Part shown: piece after piece, positions 39,595 through 50,354 of the stretch
Layout of the letters: each line of letters starts with the position of its first letter
How positions within the stretch are numbered: position 1 is the first letter of the stretch
Notes under the pieces: model-generated
Told to the model about the DNA's origin: nothing
Databases searched by the model: none
Seen by the model: the letters and a program-made list of their open reading frames with translations, nothing else
Assembly: GCA_963664705.1 (NCBI GenBank)
Contig: OY761556.1
Location: 4,896,001 to 4,960,000, forward strand
Origin: Acidobacteriota bacterium
Lineage (GTDB): Bacteria; Acidobacteriota; UBA6911
Length of the DNA stretch: 64,000 bases
Direction: 5' to 3'
Position numbers and translations under genes: made by a program

Positions 39595-41859
39595 ATGAAG
39601 TGGTTTTACAATATGAAGATTGCCTCAAAATTGACCTGTTTTGCGCTAATGATGGCTTTCATCGCAGCTGTAATCGGATACGTCGGGATCCGGCAATTGA
39701 AGACACTTCAAAACGCCGATGAGGGGATGTACCAAAACAATGTCATCCCGCTTGAAAAGGTTTCGGAGGTTTCCAAATCTCTCCAGAGATTACGAGTCAA
39801 TGTCAGGGATGCGCTGCTGAGCGAAACCCAAAAGGATAGAAACTACTATCTTGATAGAACGCGAGAGATACTCAAAACGCTCCCGCCGCTCCTAAAGGAA
39901 ATCGAAACCGGCGTAAAGACCCCGGAGGAAAAGGAAACTCTCGAGGCATTATCTGTCAGCCTTAAGCAATATACGACCGACTTTGAGCAATTTGCCACGA
40001 TGGTCAATGCGAACAAAAAGGGAGTGGCACTGGCATATATGCGCGGCCCCTTCCTGAAAACTGCAACCGCAGGGATCAATGCCATCGACAAGCTGGTGCA
40101 AGTCAACGCGGATTTGGCAAAATCCACGGCCGATCAGAATGGGGTTACGGCAACCCATGGCGAACGGCTTGTGCTGGTGATTCTTGGGGTGGGGATTGCC
40201 CTGGCGGTAGGACTCGGGCTATGGATATCGCGAATGATCGCAACACCCCTCAAGCAGGTGGCCGAGCGTGCGGAAAGGCTTCAAAGCATTTGCATCACCA
40301 ACCTGGGGAAAGCCAGTGAAGCTATGGCGCATGGAGAACTCAATGCCAAGATAGTCACCGGCACAGAACCGCTTCAATTGGACAGCAAAGATGAAGTGGG
40401 CGCCCTGGCTCAAAGTGTAAACGGGATCATTACCAAAACACAGGGAACCATCGCGGCCTTCGAGAAGGCAATGGCCAATCTGCGCAGCGTAACGGATGAA
40501 ATCAACGGAATGATCTCGAGCGCGCAGGCAGGCGATCTGGCGAATCGAGGGAAGGCCGAGCGGTTCGAAGGCGGCTATCGCGCTATGGTGTCAGGATTCA
40601 ATGCCACACTGGACGCCGTCGTCGGACCCCTGCAGATGGCCTCCACATACATTGATCGCATCAGCCGCGGCGACATCCCGCCCAAAATCACGGAAAATTA
40701 CAACGGTGATTTCAATAACATTAAAAACAGCCTGAACCTGTGCATCGATAGTTTGCATTCTTTGATTGAAGAAGATGGTGGCGCCGCGCTTCTCGCCGCC
40801 GCCAACAGAGACCTGACAGCCCGGGCCAAAAAGGAATATCAGGGTGCATTTGAAAAGATGAAGACAAACATCAATACCCTGATCCAAAACCTGGATGACG
40901 CTCTTGTCCAGGTTGCCCTTGCATCGGATCAGGTCACTTCAGCGGCCAGTGAGATCTCATCGGGCAGCCAGACTCTTTCTCAGGGAGCTTCCGAGCAGGC
41001 GAGTTCGCTGGAAGAAGTATCGAGCAGTTTGCAGGAAATGTCATCGATGACCAAACGCAATGCGGAAAACGCCAAGGAAGCCCGCAGCCTCTCGGAAGGA
41101 GCGCAGGCGATCGCCGATAGAGGCGTTGAAAGCATGAAACGGCTTTCCGAGGCCATCGCCAAAATCAAAGTCTCCTCGGATTCCACCGCGAAGATCGTCA
41201 AAACAATTGACGAGATTGCCTTCCAGACCAACCTGCTGGCCCTTAACGCAGCGGTAGAAGCGGCGCGCGCCGGGGATGCCGGAAAGGGCTTTGCCGTGGT
41301 TGCAGAAGAAGTGCGCAATCTTGCCATGCGCAGTGCCGAAGCGGCCAAGAATACCGCAAACATGATTGAGGAATCGGTCAAGAATGCCGAAGGCGGCGTT
41401 GCCATCAACCAGGAAGTGCTGAGGAACCTGACCGAAATCAATAGCCAGGTGAATCAGGTCGGTACGGTCATGGCTGAAATAGCCGCAGCCTCGGAGCAGC
41501 AGAGCCAGGGAGTTGAGCAGGTAAATACTGCGGTTGAGCAGATGAACACGGTAACACAGCAGGTTGCTGCGAATGCTGAGGAGTCGGCCAGTGCGGCGGA
41601 AGAACTGTCCGGACAAGCCGAGGAAATGAAAAGCATGGTGGGAACCTTCCAGTTGTCGAGCACGCTGGCCAATAGTTCCCGGCCGACAAACCGGGCACGC
41701 AGGCAGCCCGCCTTCACGCCAGTTCCCAGGGCGGGAAAGATTCTGGCAAAACCGGTTGCCGCAGCGCGTGCCAACGGCGGGCTTCACGGCAAGCCTCTCG
41801 ATCCTTCAAAGCTGATCCCATTTGACAATGATGACCAGTCCATCTTGAAGGACTTCTAA
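39595..41859 (+). CDS. Methyl-accepting chemotaxis protein (4HB sensor, poly-HAMP)
   Basis: Two TMs, HAMPs, '[37 protein letters not shown]'; C-terminal 'LKDF'. Confidence 0.95.
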   Translation: MKWFYNMKIASKLTCFALMMAFIAAVIGYVGIRQLKTLQNADEGMYQNNVIPLEKVSEVSKSLQRLRVNVRDALLSETQKDRNYYLDRTREILKTLPPLLKEIETGVKTPEEKETLEALSVSLKQYTTDFEQFATMVNANKKGVALAYMRGPFLKTATAGINAIDKLVQVNADLAKSTADQNGVTATHGERLVLVILGVGIALAVGLGLWISRMIATPLKQVAERAERLQSICITNLGKASEAMAHGELNAKIVTGTEPLQLDSKDEVGALAQSVNGIITKTQGTIAAFEKAMANLRSVTDEINGMISSAQAGDLANRGKAERFEGGYRAMVSGFNATLDAVVGPLQMASTYIDRISRGDIPPKITENYNGDFNNIKNSLNLCIDSLHSLIEEDGGAALLAAANRDLTARAKKEYQGAFEKMKTNINTLIQNLDDALVQVALASDQVTSAASEISSGSQTLSQGASEQASSLEEVSSSLQEMSSMTKRNAENAKEARSLSEGAQAIADRGVESMKRLSEAIAKIKVSSDSTAKIVKTIDEIAFQTNLLALNAAVEAARAGDAGKGFAVVAEEVRNLAMRSAEAAKNTANMIEESVKNAEGGVAINQEVLRNLTEINSQVNQVGTVMAEIAAASEQQSQGVEQVNTAVEQMNTVTQQVAANAEESASAAEELSGQAEEMKSMVGTFQLSSTLANSSRPTNRARRQPAFTPVPRAGKILAKPVAAARANGGLHGKPLDPSKLIPFDNDDQSILKDF

Positions 41860-41865
41860 AACAAG

Positions 41866-41904
41866 GGACGCTCCCCTGCCTTAAGGGGAGCGTCCGCATT
41901 TTCT
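41866..41904 (+). terminator. Intrinsic terminator after the MCP gene
   Basis: GGACGCTCCCCT / AGGGGAGCGTCC stem followed by GCATTTTCT. Confidence 0.7.
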
Positions 41905-42045
41905 GCATCAAAATTCCTTTATCTCAACTCTCCTGATCGTACTACTTGTTTGGGCCCGTATTTTGGCGAAAATAGAGGGAGCAGCCCCACATCCCTGCAG
42001 TTGTCATGCAAATGCAGGCAGCCGGCGGAAGGGAAAGGAATCAGA

Positions 42046-42534
42046 ATGAAAGCTACCGCAAAACAAATGGCATGGATGCAAGCTTTTGGAATAGTGGCAA
42101 TGCTCTGCATAATTTATGTTGCCGGTTGCTCACGCGGGAGGATGAATGAGGCCCCCGCAACCGTGCCGAGCGACGCTCAGACATATGTCATCCGCGGCGA
42201 AGTGATTTCCGTGCCACAAGCGGACAAGCCCGGGACACAGTTCATCGTCAAGCACGAGCCCATCGACAGGTTTCGCGGCGCCGATGGCCAAATCGTTGGT
42301 ATGAGCACCATGGGCATGCCGTTTACGCCCGGTAAAGGGGTGTCTCTGAAGGGAATCCTGCCCGGTGACAAAATCGAGCTGCGGTGGGTTCTGCAGTGGA
42401 GGCCTGAATCAAAGGAATATATTGAGTCCTTGCAAAAGCTGCCGGCAGAGACCCAACTGAGGTTTGGGGAGGCACATCCTCCGGCATTGCCCGTGACGAC
42501 GCCTGCAGGGCATGCCACCGGTGATGGCCATTAG
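42046..42534 (+). CDS. CusF-like copper-binding lipoprotein
   Basis: Lipobox 'VAGC'; 'VKHEPI...GMSTMGMPF...GDKIE' (His/Met ligand pattern). Confidence 0.7.
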   Translation: MKATAKQMAWMQAFGIVAMLCIIYVAGCSRGRMNEAPATVPSDAQTYVIRGEVISVPQADKPGTQFIVKHEPIDRFRGADGQIVGMSTMGMPFTPGKGVSLKGILPGDKIELRWVLQWRPESKEYIESLQKLPAETQLRFGEAHPPALPVTTPAGHATGDGH

Positions 42535-42672
42535 CAGCTCCGGCAGTTGCGATGTTTTACATATAATTAAGGAGTCGTTTCTCCTACATTCATGAGTTGG
42601 CAAAAACGGCAGGACTGCTACAATGACTCTCTTTTTGGATGAAGAACGCATTCGATAAAACTCACCCTTTCT

Positions 42673-43626
42673 TTGGAGCGGATTGTGCCTGAAAGAGCCC
42701 GTTTATCGATCTGGAAGAGGACGTCTCCAACACGCAGAGTGATATTGCTATCCATCAGCGCCTCAATTGTAACGATGGCTCTCAAGATTGGAGCTTACGC
42801 GTTCACCGGCTCCGTCAGTTTGCTTTCGGATGCCATGGAATCCAGCGTCAACCTGATCGCGGCTTTAGTAGCCTTCATTGCTTTGACGATTGCTGACCGC
42901 CCGGCCGATCCATCGCATGCTTACGGCCACGATAAAGCGGAGTACTTTTCCAGCGGCGTGGAAGGGGCATTAATCCTGGTTGCGGCGATGCTCATCATCT
43001 ATACTGCGACCCAGAGATTCCTCCATCCAACGCCGCTCACGGATCTGGGCATGGGGTTAGCCATTGCGCTCATTGCGTCCGGCGTAAATTTCGGCGTTTC
43101 CCGATTTATGCTGCGGATGGCCAAACGCTACGACAGTATCTCGTTGGAAGCCGATGCCCAACATTTGATGACGGATGTCTGGACCTCGGTGGGAGTGGTG
43201 GCCGCTCTTGGAGTCGTGTCTTTCACGCCTCCTCAATGGGCTATCCTGGACCCCATTATTGCGGTCATCGTGGGACTGAACATAATTTACACGGGAGTGA
43301 ATCTGATCCGGCGCTCTTTCTCGGGCCTAATGGATAGCAGCCTCGCTGAGGATGAAATCGGACAGGTCAAAGCCGCAATTCATGGAGCCATTGATACGGG
43401 GATATCATTCCACAATCTTCGAACGCGAAAATCCGGATCCAGGCGGTTTGTAGAACTCCACGTTACAGTTCCTGGAAATCTCACAGTTACCGAAGGCCAT
43501 AATTATTGCGAGCGCATTGAGCAGGAAGTTGCAAACCGCCTTCCCAAAACATCCGTTTCCACCCACCTGGAACCGGAGGGAGCCATTGACAGATCTGCGG
43601 AGAAGGCTTCCGTCGTTGGACATTAA
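42673..43626 (+). CDS. Cation diffusion facilitator (FieF-like) transporter
   Basis: 'GSVSLLSDAMES', 'HAYGHDKAEY', 'LEADAQHLMTDV', 'THLEP'. Confidence 0.92.
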   Translation: MERIVPERARLSIWKRTSPTRRVILLSISASIVTMALKIGAYAFTGSVSLLSDAMESSVNLIAALVAFIALTIADRPADPSHAYGHDKAEYFSSGVEGALILVAAMLIIYTATQRFLHPTPLTDLGMGLAIALIASGVNFGVSRFMLRMAKRYDSISLEADAQHLMTDVWTSVGVVAALGVVSFTPPQWAILDPIIAVIVGLNIIYTGVNLIRRSFSGLMDSSLAEDEIGQVKAAIHGAIDTGISFHNLRTRKSGSRRFVELHVTVPGNLTVTEGHNYCERIEQEVANRLPKTSVSTHLEPEGAIDRSAEKASVVGH

Positions 43627-43696
43627 GCCTCTTCCACGGTTGCCTCTCACACAAATCAGTTCCTGAAATGCTATTGGTCTCGCCGATTCACAAATC

Positions 43697-44059
43697 TTAA
43701 CAACTGGATTTCAATTTGGTCAGTTTGCCAATTAGCTCCGTTGAGCATTTGCGGATTTTTGAGCTGTTTTCGACCAGAGCCAGTGCCTCATTCTTCTTGC
43801 CTTTGAGCGCCAGTTCCAAAATGTGTGCTGCTTCTTTATGGAATTCGGCATGAAGGGTTTTGATTTCCGAATACAGGGGAGTGCCTTTTACCTGTGGGGG
43901 AAAGTCGCCATAAAGCCACTTGCCAAAATCACAATTATTATCGGGTCTTACATTCTCGGGACTGAATTGACTGGTCCCTTCATTGATGGCTACACGCAAT
44001 CTGATAAACCAATTGGTATGTGCCGAGATTGCATTGTCAATCTTCTCCGTATTGGACAC
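43697..44059 (-). CDS. Stand-alone CZB (chemoreceptor zinc-binding) domain protein
   Basis: GTG after GAGGAG; 'SAHTNW', 'CDFGKWLY', 'HAEFH' (3His/1Cys). Confidence 0.85.
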   Translation of the reverse strand: MSNTEKIDNAISAHTNWFIRLRVAINEGTSQFSPENVRPDNNCDFGKWLYGDFPPQVKGTPLYSEIKTLHAEFHKEAAHILELALKGKKNEALALVENSSKIRKCSTELIGKLTKLKSSC

Positions 44060-44252
44060 GAAATCTCCTCTCTGTTTACAAGTGCCGTGAGTCAAAAGCC
44101 CTTTGCCATTTGGAATCCCTGTTTTAGCGCTTCCGGCGCTTGATCCGTTGGACTCACACTGCCCTAGCTCTATTAGCCAAAGACAACTGACAGGAATCGA
44201 ACGCCGGACAGGATGGAAAGCCCAAAGCCACATCGGTCCTACGGCCCGAAAC

Positions 44253-44329
44253 AAAAAAAGGCGCGGTCACGCCTGATATGCGTGACTGCGCCTTCAACTT
44301 GCAGGCCCTTTGCCTGCCCGCTAAGACAT
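44253..44329 (-). ncRNA. Candidate cis-regulatory leader RNA with intrinsic terminator, copy 2
   Basis: Minus strand: ATGTCTTAGCGG-GCAGGC-AAAGG-GCCTGC-AAGTTGAAGGCGCAGTCACGC-ATATCAG-GCGTGACCGCGCCTTTTTTT. Confidence 0.7.
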
Positions 44330-44394
44330 AGACTTGTTACAACATGTCCACTACTTTATCGGGAGGCTTGATAGACTAGGTAAATAGTATTTTT

Positions 44395-47202
44395 TCATTT
44401 TCTTTCTGGTTGCAGCCTCGCCGATCGCTCCTTCCATAAGACCAAAAGTGAGCCTGCCACAAATACCGAAGAATATGTGCCGACAACGATACCGGTCAGC
44501 AGGGCAAAGGCAATTCCGTTGAGGACCTCGCCTCCGAGAAAATAGAGAGCCAGGCACGCCAGCAATGTCGGTCCGGCGGTAAGCAGGGTTCGGCTCAACG
44601 TTTGATTGACCGAATCATTCACCAGTTTCAGGAACGAACCTGAGAATCGTCCGGATTGAAGGTTTTCGCGCACACGATCGAACACCACAATCGTGTCATT
44701 CGTCGAATATCCGATAAGCGTCAGCAATGCCGCTACAATGCTCAGGTCAACCTCGCGGCCGGTAAAAGCAAACAGCCCCAGCGTGATAATCACATCATGA
44801 ATCGTGGCCAGGATGGCTGCGACGCCCGAAAGCCATTTGAAGCGAAATGCAATGTAGAGCAGCATGCCTCCCAGGGCTCCCAGGGTCGCCATGGCGGCTC
44901 GCGTTTTCATCTGCTCGCTGGCGCGCGGGCTGACTGCTTCCGCCGAAAGGACGCGGAACTGGCCCGTTCCGCATTCATTTTTGAGAACCCCTAAAAGGTC
45001 AGGACTGATCTGCACAACCGAGGCCAGCGAATCGATTGAGTTGAGATATCCCCCGCTCTGCCTCTCCCTGAAATCCACTATGCTCGTTGCCAGCTCTCGA
45101 ATTTGAGCATCATTTAACGCAATTCCATGAGCAGGGAATGCCTTTTTGAGATGCTCGAAGAGTTCTGAGGGACTGGCCAGATTCAGATCCAGCTTGCCGT
45201 CGCCCTCACCATAGTGCTCGCTGAGAACCTGCTTTATTCGTTCACGCGCGGCAGACAAACCATCCCCTCCGGACAACTCTGTACTGATAATGAATTGAGA
45301 GAAGCCATGTTCTCGATGAGCAGCGCTCAGTTTTCCGGCTTCCTGCACAGACACTTCGCCTTTCAGCTTTGTGGAAAGGGCTTTCCGCACATCTTCGATC
45401 TGCTGCGCTCCTGCAATTTCGACTTTGACGACGGTTCCTCCGCGGAAATCAATGCCCGGTTTCAGGCCGATTCCAACGAGGCCGAGCAGGCTTGCCAGGA
45501 TGGCCGCAACGGAGATTCCAATGGCAAGATATCGCCATTTCATGAAATCGATGGATCTATTGAACAAATGGGTCGTTGGCAATCCGATGCTCAAATGCTT
45601 CGCATTGGGCCGGCGCCATGTCTGAATTTCAAAAATGGCGCGCGAAACAAAAACTGCAGTAAACAGGTTTGCGATCAATCCCAGCACAAGCGTCACGGCA
45701 AAACCTTTGACCGGCCCGGTTCCAAAAACGAACAGGAATGCGCTGGCGGCTACTGTTGTGACATGGGTGTCAATAATGGTGAGCAAAGCTCGTTTGAATC
45801 CGCTGGAAACAGCGCTGGCAACCAGTCGCCCGGATCGCAATTCTTCCTTGATACGCTCGAAAATGAGAACATTGGAATCCACGGCCATTCCGATCGACAA
45901 AACCAATCCGGCAAGGCCTGGCAGCGTCCATGTCCAATTCAGCCAGCTGAGAGCGGCAATTGTCAGGATTGCGTTCAAAACCAATGCGGCGACTGCATTC
46001 AAACCGGCCCCCCGGTAATAGCCAATCATGGAAGCGATCACGAGCATTAGTCCTACCGCGGCGGCGACAAGTCCGCGATGAATTGAATCGGACCCCAGAG
46101 AAGGCCCGACCGTGCTCTCCGCCATTGTCTTGATCCCGGCAGGAAGAGACCCCGCCTTGAGATTCAGTGCCAGATCAGCGGCATCCTGAAACGACCTGGC
46201 GCCGGTGATCCTGCCTTGATCGGATATGGCGGCATCGATACGCGGGACACTTAGAACCGCATTGTCGAGAACAATCGCGAGATGGTTCCCGATATTGGAT
46301 CGAGTGAATTTCTCAAAGCGTTCGGCCGCGGCCGGTTGCAGCATAAAGCCGGTATCCCAGCGTCCCGGGAGTTCGCCCGCTTCTGCGCGTGCATCTCTCA
46401 GGTCGATTCCCGCGATAACGGGCGAGCTGGAAATTAGCCACCAGGTCTTTCCATTGTCAGAAGGAGAGAGCCCGGGAACCATCCTGGCGCCTGCCGGTAA
46501 CGAACCGTTATGCGAACTGATTGCCTCCTCCTGGGAAGCATAGGGCCCACCGATCAGGGGAGACAATTCAAGCTGTGCCTGCGTGCGAATGATCTCCTTC
46601 ACCCGCGCGGGATCATCGACTCCCGGCAGCTGCACCAGGATTTCGGCACTGTCACGGCCTCCGCGCTGTTGCACGACAGTTTCAGCTAAGCCCAGGCTGT
46701 CGATCTTCCTCTGAATCGTGTGCATGCATTGCGTTACCGTATCCTGGCGCAGCCTTCGCGCCCTCTCTTGTCGGATTCCGAGGCGCAGGTCTCCTCCCTC
46801 CTCACCCATCAATTTCCATATCTGTCCCAGCGTCTCTTCCGCAATCCGGCGCATTTCGGTCGCCCGATTGGCCGGGATTCTCCGGACAATGATTTGTATT
46901 TGCTCGGCACTTTCTGCGGAATCTGGATCGCTTCTCTCAAGGATTGTGTCTTGAATCCCGGCCTTCCCCAATGCTTCACGAAGTCGTTCCAACCCCCGGT
47001 CTGCCTCGCTTTTGAAAGCATCCTGTACCTGGATCTGCATCTCCAGATAGGTGCCTCCCTTTAGATCCAAGCCCAGTCGGATACTCTTGTTCCAGTTTTC
47101 TCTCAACTCCTGTTGAGATTTGGGAAACTGGACGAGGCCTGCGATGCAGGCAAAAAGTACAAACGCTATCAAAACCCATTTCCACCGTAATCTGCTCGGC
47201 AT
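44395..47202 (-). CDS. secDF: Fused protein translocase subunit SecDF
   Basis: 'LGLDLKGG', 'VGPSLG', 'GMAVDSNVLIFERIKEE', 'GIDFRGG', 'GYSTNDTIVVFDRVRE'; ATG 47202 with CAGGAG RBS. Confidence 0.95.
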   Translation of the reverse strand: MPSRLRWKWVLIAFVLFACIAGLVQFPKSQQELRENWNKSIRLGLDLKGGTYLEMQIQVQDAFKSEADRGLERLREALGKAGIQDTILERSDPDSAESAEQIQIIVRRIPANRATEMRRIAEETLGQIWKLMGEEGGDLRLGIRQERARRLRQDTVTQCMHTIQRKIDSLGLAETVVQQRGGRDSAEILVQLPGVDDPARVKEIIRTQAQLELSPLIGGPYASQEEAISSHNGSLPAGARMVPGLSPSDNGKTWWLISSSPVIAGIDLRDARAEAGELPGRWDTGFMLQPAAAERFEKFTRSNIGNHLAIVLDNAVLSVPRIDAAISDQGRITGARSFQDAADLALNLKAGSLPAGIKTMAESTVGPSLGSDSIHRGLVAAAVGLMLVIASMIGYYRGAGLNAVAALVLNAILTIAALSWLNWTWTLPGLAGLVLSIGMAVDSNVLIFERIKEELRSGRLVASAVSSGFKRALLTIIDTHVTTVAASAFLFVFGTGPVKGFAVTLVLGLIANLFTAVFVSRAIFEIQTWRRPNAKHLSIGLPTTHLFNRSIDFMKWRYLAIGISVAAILASLLGLVGIGLKPGIDFRGGTVVKVEIAGAQQIEDVRKALSTKLKGEVSVQEAGKLSAAHREHGFSQFIISTELSGGDGLSAARERIKQVLSEHYGEGDGKLDLNLASPSELFEHLKKAFPAHGIALNDAQIRELATSIVDFRERQSGGYLNSIDSLASVVQISPDLLGVLKNECGTGQFRVLSAEAVSPRASEQMKTRAAMATLGALGGMLLYIAFRFKWLSGVAAILATIHDVIITLGLFAFTGREVDLSIVAALLTLIGYSTNDTIVVFDRVRENLQSGRFSGSFLKLVNDSVNQTLSRTLLTAGPTLLACLALYFLGGEVLNGIAFALLTGIVVGTYSSVFVAGSLLVLWKERSARLQPERK

Positions 47203-47370
47203 AGTATTTCTCCTGAAGGTACCCGATGCCGGCGAAAGAACTATCGCGGGCATGGATACATGCTCCGGCGGCAGGAGACACCTACCAGCACAGCATTGTC
47301 TGCAAGGCCGGTGCAGGCGTACTCCCGACGCAGATATTAAAAAAAAATCGAAATTGTTGGGGTAAACAAA

Positions 47371-47733
47371 TCAGCTCAGGAGGAAAACCGGAGGAGCGCG
47401 CAGCCGCAAGTGAAACCCGATTCCCCGGGCGGAAATCGAATGAACACTCGCGATGCATTTTCCATAACCGCCCAGAAGATTCGGAGGTATGGACTGAGGA
47501 ATAATGCCCTGTGCAGATGATTGACTGGATCGCGATGTGTTTGAAGCAGCCGGATCCGCATTCTGAATTACTAGTCTCTGTCCGGTATCACCAAGCGCAG
47601 TCTCTCGATGGCTTACCGGTCCAAAGCCTGCAGCATCCGAACCCATGGCCGGAGCAGGTGAAAACGCAGCGGCCGATGCAAGAAGAAAGAGAGCTAACAA
47701 TCCGAGGGTAGCAAGGACTCGATAGCGCTTCAA
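47371..47733 (-). CDS. Putative secretion-monitor arrest peptide (signal peptide + C-terminal RAPP), ApdA/ApdP/SecM-like
   Basis: TTG after GGAGG; (M)KRYRVLATLGLLALFLLASAAA signal peptide; ends 'HLRLRAPPVFLLS*'; directly upstream of secDF. Confidence 0.75.
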   Translation of the reverse strand: MKRYRVLATLGLLALFLLASAAAFSPAPAMGSDAAGFGPVSHRETALGDTGQRLVIQNADPAASNTSRSSQSSAQGIIPQSIPPNLLGGYGKCIASVHSISARGIGFHLRLRAPPVFLLS

Positions 47734-47997
47734 ACCGGTGCCTCCAAATTTCGCGTCCAATGCCGCAAATAACTGGCAGCCTGCAATCATACCTTTATAA
47801 GACTGTTGGCAGCGGTTGACACAAAAAAAATGGAGGAAGGCTTACAAAAATTACCTTTCATTAACATAATGCAGAAAAGCGGCATACAGGAACCATGCAG
47901 CCGTTGTACCTGCCTCGAAGATCCTGTCATCGATCGGATGGATGGCGCGGGATGCGGGCTTCGCATACTTCGAGGTCATAGGTAGCCACGCAGATTT

Positions 47998-49239
47998 TTA
48001 TCCGACAAAATGCCTCGGAATGCGGCATCTTGTTTTTGTATAGATCCATAGCACCAGGCCCGCCAATCCCAGAGTAAACATCATGGCACCAAGAACCATA
48101 ATGCGGTCGACCCATTCGTGAGACACAATCAACATTCCTATGCTGCCGGTTAATACGAAAGTCGCCTGAATCAGTGAAGATGCGGATCCGGTATCCGAAT
48201 CGTGCTGTTCCAGCAGCAGGCTGCTCGAAGGGGGTCGGCTGATGCTTACACATATGTATGCGAAGGCGATCGAGACGGCAAACAGCACCGGTCCGGTTCG
48301 TCCGATCGTAAGCAGCATGAGCCCGCTAAGGATTGCGCCGAAATAGCAAACAGTGATGATGGGCAGCGGTTTGAAGAACCTCTGCAGGAACAGATAGATG
48401 GGTCCGCCCACCACGAACATCATGGCAATTGAGCCAAAGTAGATTCCGAAGGCATCCTCGCTGACGCCGAAATGCTTGATGAAAATAAAGGAAGAAACGC
48501 TGATAAATCCCATAATAGGCATTGAGATTACCGAAAAAACCGCCAGCAGCCTTGAAAAATTCCGATTTTTCAACACAAACACGAGCCTTCGAGCGGTCTG
48601 AAGCATGTTCAGGTTGGAACGCTCGGCGCTGGTTTCTTTTAAAAACAGCGCAAAAACACATATGAGCATGCCAATTAAAGTAAACGCTACGAAAATGCCC
48701 CGCCAGGATGTCAGTTTTAGAATTTGCGCGCCGATCGAGGGCGCGATAACAGGAATTACACCGTTCAGTACGGACACCCAGGCGAGCGTGCCCTCTCTTC
48801 TTCTTCCCGGAAAAACATCCTTAATAATTGCCAGATTCACAGCCATTGCGGCCCCGGCTCCAACCGCCTGGAAAACTCTGGCTGCAATCAACTGGAAGAT
48901 ATTGCCGCTGAAAACACAAAAGGCGCTGGACACAGTATAGAGGATCACGCCGGTCAGCATAATGGGCCGGCGCCCGTATTTGTCCGACAGCGGCCCCCAA
49001 AAAATGGAGCTAAGGCTGAGGCAAATGAAAAAAACGATCAAGGAAAGGTTCACCAGCGGCTCGGAACACTTCAGCTGTTCGCTCATGGTGGGGAGCGCCG
49101 GCAAATAGAGATCGGTCGACAATGGGGGAAAGGAGGCGGTCGCCGCTACCAGAACCATGATCATTCCGTCGGAAAGCTGTTTCGGATGTCTGCGATTTGT
49201 TTCCCGGATCGCCGGTTCGCTATTGTCCATCATGTACAC
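47998..49239 (-). CDS. Bcr/CflA family MFS efflux transporter
   Basis: 'PLSTDLYLPALP', 'GPLSDKYGRRP', 'RVFQAVG', 'APSIG'. Confidence 0.92.
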   Translation of the reverse strand: MYMMDNSEPAIRETNRRHPKQLSDGMIMVLVAATASFPPLSTDLYLPALPTMSEQLKCSEPLVNLSLIVFFICLSLSSIFWGPLSDKYGRRPIMLTGVILYTVSSAFCVFSGNIFQLIAARVFQAVGAGAAMAVNLAIIKDVFPGRRREGTLAWVSVLNGVIPVIAPSIGAQILKLTSWRGIFVAFTLIGMLICVFALFLKETSAERSNLNMLQTARRLVFVLKNRNFSRLLAVFSVISMPIMGFISVSSFIFIKHFGVSEDAFGIYFGSIAMMFVVGGPIYLFLQRFFKPLPIITVCYFGAILSGLMLLTIGRTGPVLFAVSIAFAYICVSISRPPSSSLLLEQHDSDTGSASSLIQATFVLTGSIGMLIVSHEWVDRIMVLGAMMFTLGLAGLVLWIYTKTRCRIPRHFVG

Positions 49240-49441
49240 TCCATTACAAGCCTTGAGAATGCGGTCACACTCTGAGCCAGCCCTTGGGAGGGCAAGATCC
49301 CCCTAAATGAGGCTTTTGCGCAACCCCTTATAATACAGACCTTAGCTTAATGGTATTTACATTTTCGCCAAGGGCTTGTGAAATCACCCAAAACCGCCGA
49401 TGATGAGAAACCTGATTGACAATTCTCATGGAAGGAAAGCA

Positions 49442-50032
49442 ATGAATTCGAGACTCCAAGCACAACTGGAATTTCTCTTCGAAATCGACCAACTGAAGCA
49501 CATCTTCAGACGAACCAAGCTTCTGAATGGATCAAGGTATGAAAACGATGCGGAACATGCCTGGCACCTCGCAATGATGGCCATGGTACTCGTCGAATAT
49601 TCCAATGAACCGGTCGAGATATTGAAAGTGTTAAAAATGGTCCTGATCCATGACCTTGTTGAAATCGATGCCGGCGATACATTCTTATATGATGAAAAAG
49701 GTTCAAGTCTGAAGGAGGAGGCCGAGAACAGGGCTGCGGCAAGATTGTACGGTTTGCTGCCTGAAGACCAGGGCAGAGAATTCATCGATCTCTGGCGGGA
49801 ATTTGAAAAGAAGGAAACCTCGGAGGCAAAATTTGCCGCAGCGCTTGACAGACTTGAGCCGATTATTCAGAACGTGAAAACTGAAGGACATGCCTGGGTG
49901 AAACACGGAATCACAAAGAACCAGGTGATACAAAAAAATCAGCCACCTCTTATGGGAGGCTCACGGGAATTGTGGGACTACGCCGGGAAGATGATTGCGG
50001 AATGCGCGGACAAGGGCTATTTCAAAGACTGA
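49442..50032 (+). CDS. HD-domain phosphohydrolase (HD_3/HDDC2-like)
   Basis: 'IDQLKHIFR', 'ENDAEHAWHLA', 'IHDLVEIDAGD'. Confidence 0.9.
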   Translation: MNSRLQAQLEFLFEIDQLKHIFRRTKLLNGSRYENDAEHAWHLAMMAMVLVEYSNEPVEILKVLKMVLIHDLVEIDAGDTFLYDEKGSSLKEEAENRAAARLYGLLPEDQGREFIDLWREFEKKETSEAKFAAALDRLEPIIQNVKTEGHAWVKHGITKNQVIQKNQPPLMGGSRELWDYAGKMIAECADKGYFKD

Positions 50033-50354
50033 TTCCGGCAGAAAACTGAACCCTCCCCAGGTATTTCAATACCCTGCGGCGAACACATTGCGCAGTTCTC
50101 CGCTCTTAAGAAAACCTTTCGTGAAATAAATCCACGCTTCGTGAAACATCCTGGATGAGCAGATCAACGTTCGCCTGCTCACGAAACGCAGCCGCGATGT
50201 CAAATCCCAGGGGAACCGAACCGAATTGTTTTTTTCGTCGGTCCAGCCTGAGTTGAGGGATTTTGAGCGCGATTGACGGAGTCCTGCGTTTACGCCATGA
50301 CAGCCATGCCTATTGACAGGCTGAGCTAATCCAAAATGCAAGGGAGGAAAACAA

